Of a DNA stretch of 64,000 nt, positions 51,230-64,000 are shown one piece after another. Below the pieces are notes generated by a model. It was not told the origin of the DNA. It ran no database searches and saw nothing but the letters and a program-made list of their open reading frames with translations. Source of the stretch: Eledone cirrhosa (lineage: Eukaryota); the NCBI GenBank assembly GCA_964016885.1, contig OZ024743.1, positions 214,582,001-214,646,000 on the forward strand, read 5' to 3'. The translations under genes were made by a program, and so were the position numbers. Each line of letters starts with the position of its first letter. The stretch's first letter is position 1.

Positions 51230-53990
51230 AGTATTGAAGTTTGCTTGAAGCATTGTGGAATAATAATGTATATTTCTTTAAATCGTTTTGGAAGCCTCGA
51301 CAATGCAGATGGGTAAATCTCCGGGTAACAAGATTCGGTGGTGGAGAGAGTGATGTAAGTGAGTGTACGTTGAGATGTGTAGGGTGTAGAAGAATGTAGG
51401 AAAGAGCGTAAAGGATACCAATAATAACACGAGATAGAGTTACTTTGGGAGAGGTTTAATTGTCCCTATATATTTCGGATTCACATCCATCAACGGGGGA
51501 ATTTTTCCGGGGTGAGGGTGGGGTGGAGTGGGTAGGTGGTGGGAGGTCTGTCGGAAAGGTGCAAAACGTGTCCTCCGCTGTTCGTTGTTTTGAATATCTG
51601 AGGTATTCAGCAGAGCACGCGTGCGCGTAAAATGGGGTCGGTCAAGCAAAGATCGGCGGCCGAAATAGTTCTTTCAGTTGTAGGAGTGGGGTGGCGCTTA
51701 CTGTCAGTCCATAGTATTCTATGCCTGTTTGGTGAATGTTACTGTGTGTGTGTGTGCGTGTGTTGTTGTCTCGCTTGAGTGTGTGTGTGTGTGCGTGTGT
51801 TGTTGCCTCGTTCGTCTGTATTAACAGTGTAGTATGTTCGTATTGTGGGATGCTACTGTGTGTGCGGACTTGAAGTGGACGAACAGGTCCCTGCAGGCTG
51901 CCTTTAGGTAGAAGTTGCAGTGGATCTCTCCTTGTTCCGTGATGTTGATTCGGAAGTCGAGGAAGGCAAGTGATCCGTCGTCGTTGGGGTGTTCAACACT
52001 GAAGTCAATATTCTCGTCCGTGTTGTTGAACGTCTCATAGAGTCTGTTCGCCATGTCTTGGGAAGATGTGAGGATAAGGATATTGTTCACCTACCTTGAG
52101 AAAAAGGCGATGGCGTTGGGCTGGCAGGCGTTGAGTGCCTTGCGCTCGAGGCTGTCCATGTATGAGATCGCTAGCACACCCGACAGGCTTGAGCCCTTGG
52201 GCAGTCCAGAGGTTTGCTGGTATGTTTGGTCAAGGAATCCGAAGTATGTGTTGTCGACAACGATGGATAGGAGTTGGTGGATGTCAGTGGTGGTGAGCCC
52301 GAATCAGTGTAGGTCGGTGGATTGGACGCGTTCCATCAGTATACTAACGGCCGGGAATGCCGGGACCGAGGTGTAGAGAGCGACTACATCAAGGCTGAAG
52401 GCATATCTGTTATCCTTTCTGGTGTCGGGATCCATTTGATGCAGGCGCTCCAACCCCTCCTCGGTGCTGTTAACGTGTCCCGGCAAGGTGTCTAAGATGG
52501 GTTTGAATATTCTGGCTAGGAGCCATGACATTTTGTAGAGCGGTCCTTCCACGCTCGATAAGATGGGCCTGATCTTCAGGTCGGGTCCCTGTTTGTGTGT
52601 TTTCACGAGGTGGTAGAAGGCGGGTAGTCTGCGGTTCCTTGTGAGGAGGTTGTATCTCAGCTTCTTTGGGAGCTTCCGCCGGTCGCAAATGTTGGTCCAG
52701 GCGGCGTTGATGTGCTCCTCTATCTGCGTGGGAGTGATTCCCGTTCCCTTGAAGTAGAGGTTGTCATCGTCAATATGTTGGAGGGCCAGGGCGTTGTAGG
52801 CCTCTCTGCTGATGACACAGAATTCTTTTCCCTTGTCGGAGGGGAGGTAGATGAGGTTCTTCGATTTCAGGTAGGAGAGAGTGGTGAGTTGAGATTTGGT
52901 GAGGTTGTGTGTTGTGCGTGTGTGTGTGTGTGTGTTTCTGAATTATATCCGAGATGGAGTGTTTTAGCCTGATGAGTTTAGTGTCGAGTTCGTGGTTGGT
53001 GGGTGGGGGGTGGAGTGGGTTGTCGAGGTGGTAAGTGGGTTGCGTGGGCGCTGTTATTTTATGTGGCGCTGTTGATGGCGGTCACCCATTTAAGTTTGTA
53101 AGCGGCTCGACAAAAGTTGGCATCGATGTCGAGTTTGAGTCTGTCGTCGAGTCGTTGTGAGACGATGAACTTGGGTCCGAGGTGTAGGAGTTTCAGCTCG
53201 TCGCTCGTGAGAGTGCCGGTTAGGTCGGTGACCAGGTGCGTCGCATCGTTGAGGTGTGGCTCGGTGTTGGTGGATGCGGCGGTGGCGGTTGTTACGTTGT
53301 TGTTTTCCACGTGGTTCTGGTCTGTCTGTTCGTTAGTGTCTATGTTCTCGTTGTGGAGTTTAGACAAGATCCACTCATATTTCCACTTGAGCTGTTTTTT
53401 CTCGTATTGGACTCTGAAGTGGTAGCACTGGTCGATTGCTTTAGTGGTTTTAAGGAGCAAGTCAACGGGTGTTATTGACAGTCGATGTGTCAGCTCTGAG
53501 ATTGTCCGCTTATGGATGTGTAATTGGCGGTTGAGATGTCTCAGGATCTGTTTAATACACGTGCGATGTATGCGGTTAGTGGTGTTTTGGAAAGCTGGTG
53601 TACGTAGGCTTCCTGGTAAGCGGATGTTCCTGATGGTGTTGTGGATGACATCGTTTTTTAGGCAGCGTTTCAGGAAAATAATTTGACAGGCAGCATTGGC
53701 CCATTTCTCCGACAGTCTAAACAGTTCCCTTACGGATGCAAACAATTCCTGGCTCAGGTGTAAGGATAAGAGAGTATTGAAGTTTCCTTGAAGCATTGTG
53801 GAATAATAAGGTATATTTCTTTAAGTCGTTTTGGAAGCCTCGACAATGCAGATGGGTAAATCTCCGGGTAACAAGGTCCGGTGGTGGAGAGAGAGAGAGG
53901 TAAGTGAGTGTACGTTGAGATGTGTAGCGTGTAGAAGAATGTAGCGTGTAGAAGAATGTAGGAAAGAGCGTAAAGGATAAAAATGATAAC
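51230..53990 (-). mobile_element. Penelope/Poseidon-like element with direct pseudo-LTRs; RT inactivated, endonuclease deleted
   Basis: 53770-53985 repeats 51230-51425, and the ORF starts inside the pLTR (53796). Motifs: KTHK..IRPILS, FSLDVVALYTSVP; YVDD is mutated to *VNN. Abuts (TA)n. Confidence 0.85.
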
Positions 53991-53991
53991 A

Positions 53992-55480
53992 TTGACCAAA
54001 CATACCTGCAAACCTCGGGACTTCCCATGGGCTCAAGCCTGTCGGGTGTGCTAGTGATCTCATACATGGACAGCCTCAGCGCAAGGCACTCAACGCCTGC
54101 CACCCCAACGCCGTCACCTTTTTCTCAAGGTACGTGGACGATATCCTCATCCTCACATCTTCCCAAGACATGGCGAACAGAATCTATGAGACGTTCAACA
54201 ACACATACGAGAACATTGACTTCAGTGTTGAACACCCCAACGACGACGGGTCACTTGCCCTCTTCGACTTCCGAATCAACATCACGGAACAGGGAGGGCG
54301 GTCCACTGCAACTTCTACCGAAAGGCAGCCTGCAGGGACCTTTTCGTCCACTACAAGTCCGCCCTCCCTAACAGTGCCACAAGAGGATACAGGACGAACG
54401 AGATCACGCGAAATAAAAACAGATGCAGCGATCCCGCGAGTGGTGTCACTCATACCAAGCGATTCCTCGAGGTGCTGGAGACGTACGTGTACCCTACCTC
54501 GCTCACAGACAGAGTAGGAGACAGAGAGGCACCCAAGGCAAGTGCTTCCTTAAAATACCATACCTGGGCGAGAATACCACCACGCTATCCGCAAGGCTAT
54601 ACAGAGGGAGAGCCTCGACATCCACCTGGCTCACTCGGGCCCCTCCCTGCGAAGATGCCTCTCCAGGAAACCTGGGAAATCAACTGACGCGTGCTCCCTC
54701 AGGGACTGCCCGATGCGCCATGCGAACTGTTGCCTACGCACATACGTCGTGTATATGATAGAATGTACAAGTGCAACCAATACTATATAGGTAGCACAAT
54801 CCAGCCGCTGCATATCCGGATCAAGGAGCACACTAACACCAGGGCCTCGTCTTTCCGGAAACACATAGCCAAATGCGGAAACAAAGACAGAAGACCCATT
54901 GTCATAATTCTAGCCACAGAAAGAAACGATCCAAGAGAAGCGAAATGAGGTGGTTGGTTTAAGTAAACAAACGATGCAGCAACACACGCACACACACACA
55001 CACACAAGCGAAACAGCAACACACGCACAAACACACACACACATTGTAACATTTACCAAACAGGCAGAGAATACTCTGGACTGACAGCTAGCGCCACCCC
55101 ACTCCCACAACTGGAAGAACTATTTCGGCCGCCGACCTCTGCTTGACCGACCCCAATTCACGCGCACGCGCGCTCTGCTGAATACCTCAGATATTCAAAA
55201 CAACGAACAGCGGAGGAGACGTTTCGCACCATTCCGACAGACAACTCCCCAATCCCCAGTTGATGGATGTGCATCCGAAATATATAGGGACAATTAAACC
55301 TCTCCCAAGGTAACTCTATCTCGTGTTATTATTGTTATCCTTTACGCTCTTTCTACCTTCTTCTACAGGCCACACATCTCAATGTACACTCACTTACATC
55401 TCTCTCTCCACCACCGGATCTTGTTACCCGGAAATTTACCCATCTGCATTATCGAGGCTTCCAAAACGAGTTAAAAAAAT
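53992..55480 (+). mobile_element. 5'-truncated inverted copy of the same Penelope family, including GIY-YIG and pLTR
   Basis: GLPMGSSLSGVL, RYVDD and VVY..C..CNQYYIGST..LHIRIKEH. The 3' pLTR mirrors 51270-51800 and ends in (TA)n. Confidence 0.85.
55253..55290 (+). ncRNA. Minimal hammerhead-like fold in the Penelope pLTR (variant core)
   Basis: TCCC-CAGTTGA-T-GGATG/CATCC-GAAA-TATA-TA-GGGA. The mirror copy at 51463-51500 (-) has CCGTTGA. Confidence 0.55.
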
Positions 55481-55485
55481 ATATT

Positions 55486-55517
<32 letters not shown>

Positions 55518-55655
55518 CACATATATGCATATATGGCTGTATACACATTGTCTATATATACATATATATGTACATAAGTATGCATATATACATATCCATA
55601 TACATATATGGCTGTATACCCATTGTGTATATATACATATATGTATATATATATG

Positions 55656-55753
<98 letters not shown>

Positions 55754-55874
55754 TATATGGTAATAATAATAAAAGTGAAGACTGAAATCCAAATGATTTT
55801 CAGAAGATCCCTTTATGAGTGGAAGCAGCGAATCTTTGCTTAAACTTTAATCTGTTATTTTAATAAATAAATAA

Positions 55875-55945
<71 letters not shown>

Positions 55946-56687
55946 TGCAAGTGAGAAATCAAATATTTAATGATTAGAGTAGTTACATTTTACTCAACAC
56001 AAAACATTAGATATCGCCATGTTACACGTTAGAATTATAATACACATAAGTCCTCAAAGTTAACACCTATCCAGGCGTGAATTAAAACTACTATTTTTTA
56101 TATAAACAATTACGTCGTCTACATTTAGTCATATTTAATAGACATATTTATTTCAAAATGTTAAACTTAAAAGTTAAGCCTGCGAATTGTAAAATATTTG
56201 GACATATTAGGAATTATGTGAAATTAGTTTTACAAGGAAATTCATATGTAGAAAGATTTTTAATTATTATATATATATAGCAGTAAAACCACCCTACGAG
56301 TGGTTTTCTACTGGCATGTGTAGTGTGCATATTGATATTATAAACAGATATATATGCATGTAGATATGATACATCAAATAAAATAGTAATTAACAATATA
56401 CACCAAAATTGAAAGAAGTCTATGTTACACTGTCTTCTGTAATTAGTAACGTAGTCCTTGATACATTTAAAAAAAGACGTTATTATATATAAACTGCATT
56501 AGGAGAAAATTAGCGAAGGAAATATATGCGACATTTTAATAAGTGTTATAATATAACGGCCGCTAATCGGAAGTGTTGACATTTGAACATTTTAAAGAAG
56601 TGAATTTTAAAGGTCTTTAAATGAGCTATAAAATATATTTAATCGATAGCCACGAATTTAGCACATACATTATGTAATATTCATTCA

Positions 56688-56765
56688 TTATTTATTCAAA
56701 GTAATACGCTGGGATACTTTCTGGCCTTGTGCCTAAAGTAGAAACAGTTATTTATTCAAAGTAAT
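56688..56765 (+). mobile_element. 42-bp SINE 3' tail flanked by an 18-bp target-site duplication
   Basis: TTATTTATTCAAAGTAAT at 56688-56705 and 56748-56765 flanks CTGGCCTTGTGCCTAAAGTAGAAACAG. Confidence 0.85.
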
Positions 56766-57757
56766 CCAACTTATTTTACAAACTGGTTAAAAAAATATAT
56801 TCTAGACGCAATCCCGCACTCCTTTCTTTATTATAGTTAAGATGGTAAAAACACCAGGAAAATTATTTTATTCCTATTTTCTCTGATGGGACTGCGACAC
56901 CCTTCGTCATACAACTCACGTATTAATTTGGTCTCCAGTACACCCCTACCTTATAAAATCTAATACTTATTTACGTCATCTCTTAACAAATAGTCGTTGA
57001 CAAATGTCCGCATGCACACATACGCACAGAGCATATATATTTTATGTGTGTGTGTGTGTGTGTGTGTGTGCACGCACGCGTGTATGTATGTGTATGCTTT
57101 TATCGTGTAAATAATTGAGGGTATGTAAGTATAAAACAGAGAGCTAATATATTTCTATATACGTACGTATAGTATATAGAAGAGTTCACTGTATTCCGCT
57201 AGGAATGGACACAAACCACAATAATAATTATCATTTTATTAATATCGTTTACTGATTTCACTACGATAGCTATGGCGTAGAGACACCTTGTAGGAATTAA
57301 TATTTCTAAATACTGCAAATTTTTGAAAGCATTGCATGGTTTCCCTGAAGCATTCCACGTGGACCGATATTTTATACTGATACGTCTTGTTTGACTGAAA
57401 ATAGGAATCTTGTATCACTCTAAGCCAAATGACTTGTGATCTGCTACATGTAAATTATTGATTATCTTGAGCACATCATTATATTGCCGCGGCTTTTAAA
57501 CAAGAAATCTTATCAATTGATATTATCTAACAAGATCATTTCACGAACGAAAATCGACATATGATTTGAATTCAGAATTCTATTCTTCATTATCTACGTC
57601 TCATTGGTGTCTATCTGATTTAGATTATTCTATTTTCATTTTTTGAACAGGAAATGATATCGAAAGACGCTGTAATAAATGATTCAATAACACAAAATTA
57701 CATGTATACACACAGAGATACATACGCACTCCCATGCAGAGAGTAAGAGAGAGATAG

Positions 57758-57806
<49 letters not shown>

Positions 57807-57881
57807 CAAACAGAAAAACACACAAACACAACCACACACAGAAACACAAGCACAGACACACATACATACATACACCCATAC

Positions 57882-57980
<99 letters not shown>

Positions 57981-58127
57981 TACATATGTATGTATATAAA
58001 TATATATATTTAAAAAAAAAATAAGACTCCTGTTGCATTTTCGATTTCATCTTTTTTTCTTTATACTTTCACTCGTGTAGGACACCTCGGTTATTTTTCA
58101 TTTTGTAAAAAAAACCTCACTTTCTAA

Positions 58128-58226
<99 letters not shown>

Positions 58227-61200
58227 GTGTGTGTGTGTGTGTACTTACACATATGTAAACATGTGCATCTCTATGTGCGTATGTATCGTTGTTTTGAAAT
58301 ATGGAAAGAGGAAATGAAAACTGTTCTGTTACGATTGCACTCGTAATAGGCTATGCAATTCTTTTTCAATGTATTATATGAAAATTAAAACACTTTTGAA
58401 ATGGCGGTGGTAATATATACTTTATTGTATAAAGTAAACTCAGTGGACGCATCAATAATATTAGTTAATTAATTAAGATAAACGTTTGAAATGAAATTCC
58501 TATCTTTCGTAGACAACCATTAGTACAATTTAAATAAATAAATTCCATAGGAAATATTATTAGTTTCTTATTGAAAATATGTGGGTGTGGGGAGATAAAT
58601 GAAGACATGTGAATGATAATATTTCAGAAACAATTCAAAAACGAGTTGGCAGATGTATAACATCTTGAAACGGAAATCTAGAGATTTATTTATATAATGA
58701 AATAAATCAGAACAACAAACAAAAAGTGGAAATTATCATTTCATGTCAATAACTATACTGAAGGAGCTTATAACTCCTGGCCTGCATCAGTTTAATTAAA
58801 ACAGTTATTGTGGAGGGCGTATGATTGCTGTGGAACGATTCCTTCATCTTCCATGTATAATTGCTTTACGAATGCGATACCATTTACAATATGTCAATTA
58901 ATGAATTAAGTATACGGTAATTTATTAATTGACATCCTAATGAATTAACGTAATATTGATGTTGATAATAATAATAATAGTATTTTCCGTTTGTAATAAT
59001 GTTATTTGCCTGGGGAAGCGTGTTAATTGGCCTCAGATCAGTCCCTGATTTTAGAGGCTCAATATATTATGTAGGATTCTGGCAATGCTATTGAATGTAA
59101 AGATTTGGGCACTGCCTATGAAGTCGGGAATCGAAAGGCTTTTGATGAAAGAAGTAAAGTAAGATGTTTGGGACGCTGTCTAACGCCCCGATAATAATTG
59201 GCACCACTTCTGGCTTTCTGGCTATGCATGGTGATCAGTTCTAATATTACCTACACAGGCTGCATGCTTATTGATCTTTCCCATTTCTGTTACAGACACA
59301 TTGTGATCTTCATGGATCGCAGTATCAAATAGAGCCCATTTTCGTAGGCGTGTTTGTTCTTACAACAGTGTCAGGGTGGTTGTGTTTGACTGTGTCTAAT
59401 TAATCACAAAGTTCAAAGATAACAATACTCTACCACCTCATAGGCACGATTAAAATGAGGGATGTTCGTACCACTGGCATTATGTTTCTATGTTGTATTT
59501 TCTGCACAATACCAAATAGATCCTTTTTGGTAAATCCTGAAGTCAGGGCTCATAACGTCTTTTTGCTGATTGCTCACATCCACTAGCAGTATGTGTCACA
59601 GATTCGTCTGCTTTATGGTACACTCTCCAGAGGTGGGTGCAATTTTTTGCATCGACGTTAGCCTTCACTCAAATTATACACTTAATGTTTCATAGGAAAA
59701 CTACGCACACATATAGTGAGCAGCTTACCTGATGACATATTGACGCAATACATCCGGCGCGTAATGACTATAAATATTTATCACTCAACTTCTGTTTTAC
59801 AGTAAAATATCAACAGAGAATTCATACGGAGGCAGTCTCTCAATCGAAGCGATCGAGAGGATGAATCCATACTTTAAAACATCTTCCCTTTATTTGATAT
59901 AACAGACAGAACATGATATAAACTAAGGCGCCAGTGTGATCCCAGCAGAATAATTTTAACTAGGAAGGGAATAAAATTATATTTACATATAGATATATAA
60001 ATGCATGTGGGTACGTGAGTGCAAGTATGTGTATATACTTATTAATCTTTGATTTGCCAATTTAGTATATAAGTGTGAGTTTAATATAGTTTGATATGAA
60101 CTAAAATATTACAGCCAAAGCAACCTAAGGAACCCTTTTATAATTGAATGTGTTCAATGAATGGCTTATTACATAAAACTAAAGTAATAATTGAATAATG
60201 TTTTGGTCATAATAACATCGGCTCGACATCCATTTAAACTCTCTGAGCTTTGAGTTTAAATCTCGGATTTTGGATTGGTTTTCGTTTTCTCTCCCAATTC
60301 ACCCTCAGTACCCTTCTCTCTTTATTTCTGTATTCCTTTCTTCTTCTTCTTTTCTTCACCCCTCTCACTATTTCTCTCACTTTCTCTGGAGTAAATTAGT
60401 TGTCGCCAGACCTGGATAAGTTTAAACACTAAACGGTATTTAGTTCCAAGATTTTGCTTCGTTTATGACAAGCCTCTCACGGCTCTATATTACGTTTAGG
60501 GCTCGATACAATGCGGGTTATAATGTGAACAATTGACCCCATTGCCAAAGTTGACGGACGATCTATTAGGATAACATATTCAAACATTTAACGCTTTTGT
60601 CTGTGAAGAATGAAACATAAAAAACAATGTAGACGATATATAATGATAATAATTTAAAAGTTAATGGCATGTTTATATACACCTTATTTCAAATAAGAAC
60701 AGAAGAAAATACCACAAAATATTTAATAGGATACTCTAAATAGGCAGCCAATTTTCTGCCTTTCTGACTGTATCGTAAATAGAATGACTATGAAATAAAA
60801 CCTTGCGTATTAGTACATGTTTTAACATATAATATTTCGGATAATATATATAAGAATTAGAGAAAAATAATTACAACTTTTCTTCTCTATTATCTTATAA
60901 CTATCTGGTATCATTATCAATAGGGTGTGTAATAAAATATATTTCTCAACATCTCATACAATTAGTATTTTAAATTACCCTTTTTTATTCTCATGAAGAC
61001 AATACAAAACTGGTGAGATTCATTACTATATTTTAGTAAGGTGACAGGAAACATTACGTGAGTCATTTTGTTAGTCATAGCCATTGCTTAATTATATTCC
61101 ATTAAATGCATTTATAAAATGTTTATCATTGGCATATGCAATAATACGGCAAAACAAACGTATGCAATGTCTATTATTCGTTATTGTTACAAGTGGTGTT

Positions 61201-61319
61201 ATTACATTTATTTCTTTTTTTTTCCAATGTGAAAGAACATGCATATTACAACCCTTTTTATACATTGGTAACATATTGTGCAATAACGTAATTTAGAAGA
61301 AATATTATTTATTATAAAT

Positions 61320-61358
<39 letters not shown>

Positions 61359-61369
61359 AACCCCATGGA

Positions 61370-61426
<57 letters not shown>

Positions 61427-62413
61427 GATGAACTTCATTACCTTTTTTAGTTTGCCGTTTATCTTAACATACCTAGTAAATATGTCACTTTGAATCCTAT
61501 GAGTCTTATGCATGTTTCAATTATTGCGCAAATGAGAAATATTGGGAGAAAATTGATACAGAAAAAATGAAACCAATTACATATCTTCTAATGACATTCT
61601 ATGAATTTTAGGTACATAAACAAATGTTCTAATTCTGACAGTCGCAAAATAATACAGTTAGTGTTTCTGAATATCAAAGATAATTTTTCAGAAAAACGAG
61701 AATCAAGCCAATATTAAAAGTATATGAACACTGCATTTGAAAGCTAATTAACACTTACGAAATATAGTATAATAGTATACGATCATATTTGTGAATGGAT
61801 TTTGTTAAGTGCCAACAAAATTGAGGTGTACAAAATAATTACACGTCAGCGTGTACACTCAGGCAATGGGATCCAGATAGAAAAAAGATAGATGAACGTG
61901 AAATATTACCAACATTTTCGGACGTATGGTGATATATGAATCTCTAGAAAATCTATAATGCACGCCTATCGTTTGTCATAACCATTATATGTCGTTATAT
62001 ATTTCTAAAAATATATATCAGAAAATATATTAGAAATGAAGGAGTGATAATAAATATGAAGATATTTTCTCAATGCCTCTCACACGCCTACACACTCTTC
62101 ACACAGTCAATAGTGTTCTTCACACAGTGACTGTGTGCTACTGACTGGATAGTTCCCCGGTTCTAAGTGTTATTTCCTAGTTTGATATATCCCATTATTA
62201 TAAGAAAGCACTATTATACTATCAGAAGTTTGGGTTTGCGGTCAGCAGTTTGATATTTCAAAATGTTCATATTTTTTAAGAAAAAAACACATTTTTTTAA
62301 AATGTATCAGTTCATATAATTAAATCAACAGAGTATATATTTATTTTATTACACAAGCTTAGCAAAAGCAAACAAGTAAAAACAAATAACACTTATAAAG
62401 CAACTTATACACG

Positions 62414-63400
62414 TCAGAAATGACTGAATTTCCTGGATTTGCGGTTGTAGTCCAGGTCACATTCCCGCAATAGCCTCCAGATATAGTCTCCCATCATTCT
62501 TTCATTGTAGTGGCCCTGGTACCTCCGCTCTATCTCTTTCACAGTTTGGTAGAATCGTTCGCTTTGTTCTTCTGAGTAGGCGCCCATATTTTCCTTAAAA
62601 TTTTCCAGGTGAGTGTCCAGCATATGAAGTTTAATAGACATCCTGCATCCCATGGCGTCAAAAGCCTTTATCAGATCCTGCACCAGTTACTGGTAGTTTT
62701 CAGCTCTGTAATTGCCCAGGAAGTCCTTAACAACTGTCTTGAAACAGTTCCATGCTGTTCTCTCAATCGTATTGAGCTTATTGGAGAACTCGGTAGACTC
62801 AAACACCTTCTTTATCTGAGGTCCAACAAAAATTCCACATTTGATTTTGGTCTCAGATAACTCGGGGAAGAAATCAAGAAGGGACTTAAAAGCGGCTGAT
62901 TCTTGTTTTAAAGCCTTCACAAACTGCTTCATCAACCCCAACTTAATGTGGCATGATCACAACCCTGGGATCAACCAGTGGCTCCCACATGACGTTCCGG
63001 GTCCCAACTACAAATTCTGTTCGTTGCTCCCAGTTCTTTCTTGTAGAAGAAAGGCAGAGGAAGTATTGGAAGTTGATAAAGCCTCCTTGGAGTCCAAGCA
63101 GGAAAGCCACCATCGTGATGTCTCCAATGATTTCCCAATTATACTGGTTGTATTGCAGAGATTCCAAGAGGACTTACACACTGTAGTAATCTTCCTTCAA
63201 GCAGACTGAATGAGCTAGGGGCAGTGTCGGGAACTTGTTTCGATTGTGAAGGAGGACAGCCTTCAAACTTGTGGTGGAGCTGTCTATAAATAGCCGCCAC
63301 TCCTTGGGCACAAACGGCACCCCCATAACGTCAAACGGTCCAGGCACGGCATGGCAGAAGCAGAGGCCACCCCTAAAAGTGTAAAAGCCTGAGAAAGGTT
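62414..63400 (-). pseudogene. DNA transposase remnant, probably CMC/Chapaev3-like
   Basis: EWRLFIDSS..SLKAVLLH, GDITMVAFLLGLQGG, HIKLGLMKQFVKAL, FVGPQIK, MSIKLHML..H, SEEQSERF..E.RYQG. The superfamily is assigned from memory of these motifs; TIRs were not identified. Confidence 0.7.
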
Positions 63401-63554
63401 GTGTCGACTTGTCTGACTTGTCACCTGCACTTCCTCCTTGACCAAGTTTCAGTGCTTCATCCTGGAGACGTATACTTAGAACACAGCTCAAAGGGTGAGA
63501 AAATCCAGTATCAATAAATCTCTTTAATCCACTTTTTTAACAATTTTATACTTT

Positions 63555-63890
63555 ACTAGAAGTAAAGCCCGGCGTTGCTCGGGGTCGCTCAGTAGATGTG
63601 TTAAAGTTACAATGTTAAGTTTCTTTTTTGGCTTAAAAACTGTAATGTCTACTGTGCAGACTTGCATGTGGTGTTTTTGATTAATATTCCCTCAACCAAC
63701 AATATGCCTTATGAAGTTAAGAAAACATAACGATAACCCGAATGTTATAACAAAAGAGGATGCTGGGGATAAAAACTGCACTGGTTATTTATTAACAAAG
63801 ATCGAAAATGTAAACACTGCAACGCAGAGAAAAACATTAGCGTAACCAAATAATCAGTTAATAGCAGAGGTACCCGGCGTTGCTCGGGTA
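63555..63890 (-). mobile_element. Two Helitron-like 3' termini (hairpin + CTAG|T)
   Basis: Minus strand reads CCCGAGCAACGCCGGG-n8-CTAG|T at 63555-63583. The same hairpin with a degenerate CTAT end occurs at 63860-63890. Confidence 0.6.
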
Positions 63891-64000
63891 TTAAATAGCA
63901 GTTATGTATACCATTTATGTCAATACTTCAGTGCTGCTTCGAAAACTATACTTTTATAAACTCATCGACTTTTTCCAAAAGGGGGTTCCTGCCCTCAGGG

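Overview
AT-rich, microsatellite-dense eukaryotic (animal) DNA. The SINE and LINE repertoire suggests a cephalopod such as octopus, but that is an inference. I found no supportable host gene, rRNA, tRNA gene or CRISPR array; most short ORFs in the track are microsatellite or antisense artefacts. The centre (~13.3-45.8 kb) is a stack of at least 13 non-LTR retrotransposon insertions separated by (TAA)n remnants. All R4/Dong-like copies (RLE endonuclease) lie on +. Every L1/Tx1-like copy (APE endonuclease, three subfamilies) is anchored on -, ending and, where complete, starting in (ATT)n. The Tx1 subfamilies share a 3'-UTR motif, and two of them share a splice-donor consensus at the end of ORF1. 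A SINE whose tail resembles the Tx1 3' end also inserts at ATT sites. The flanks hold Penelope-like elements in (TA)n (one Hydra-clade-like, one Penelope/Poseidon-like inverted pair), several hammerhead-ribozyme folds, a CR1-like LINE fragment, a Chapaev3-like transposase remnant and two Helitron-like 3' ends. Boundaries were read by eye and may be off by a few to tens of bases.
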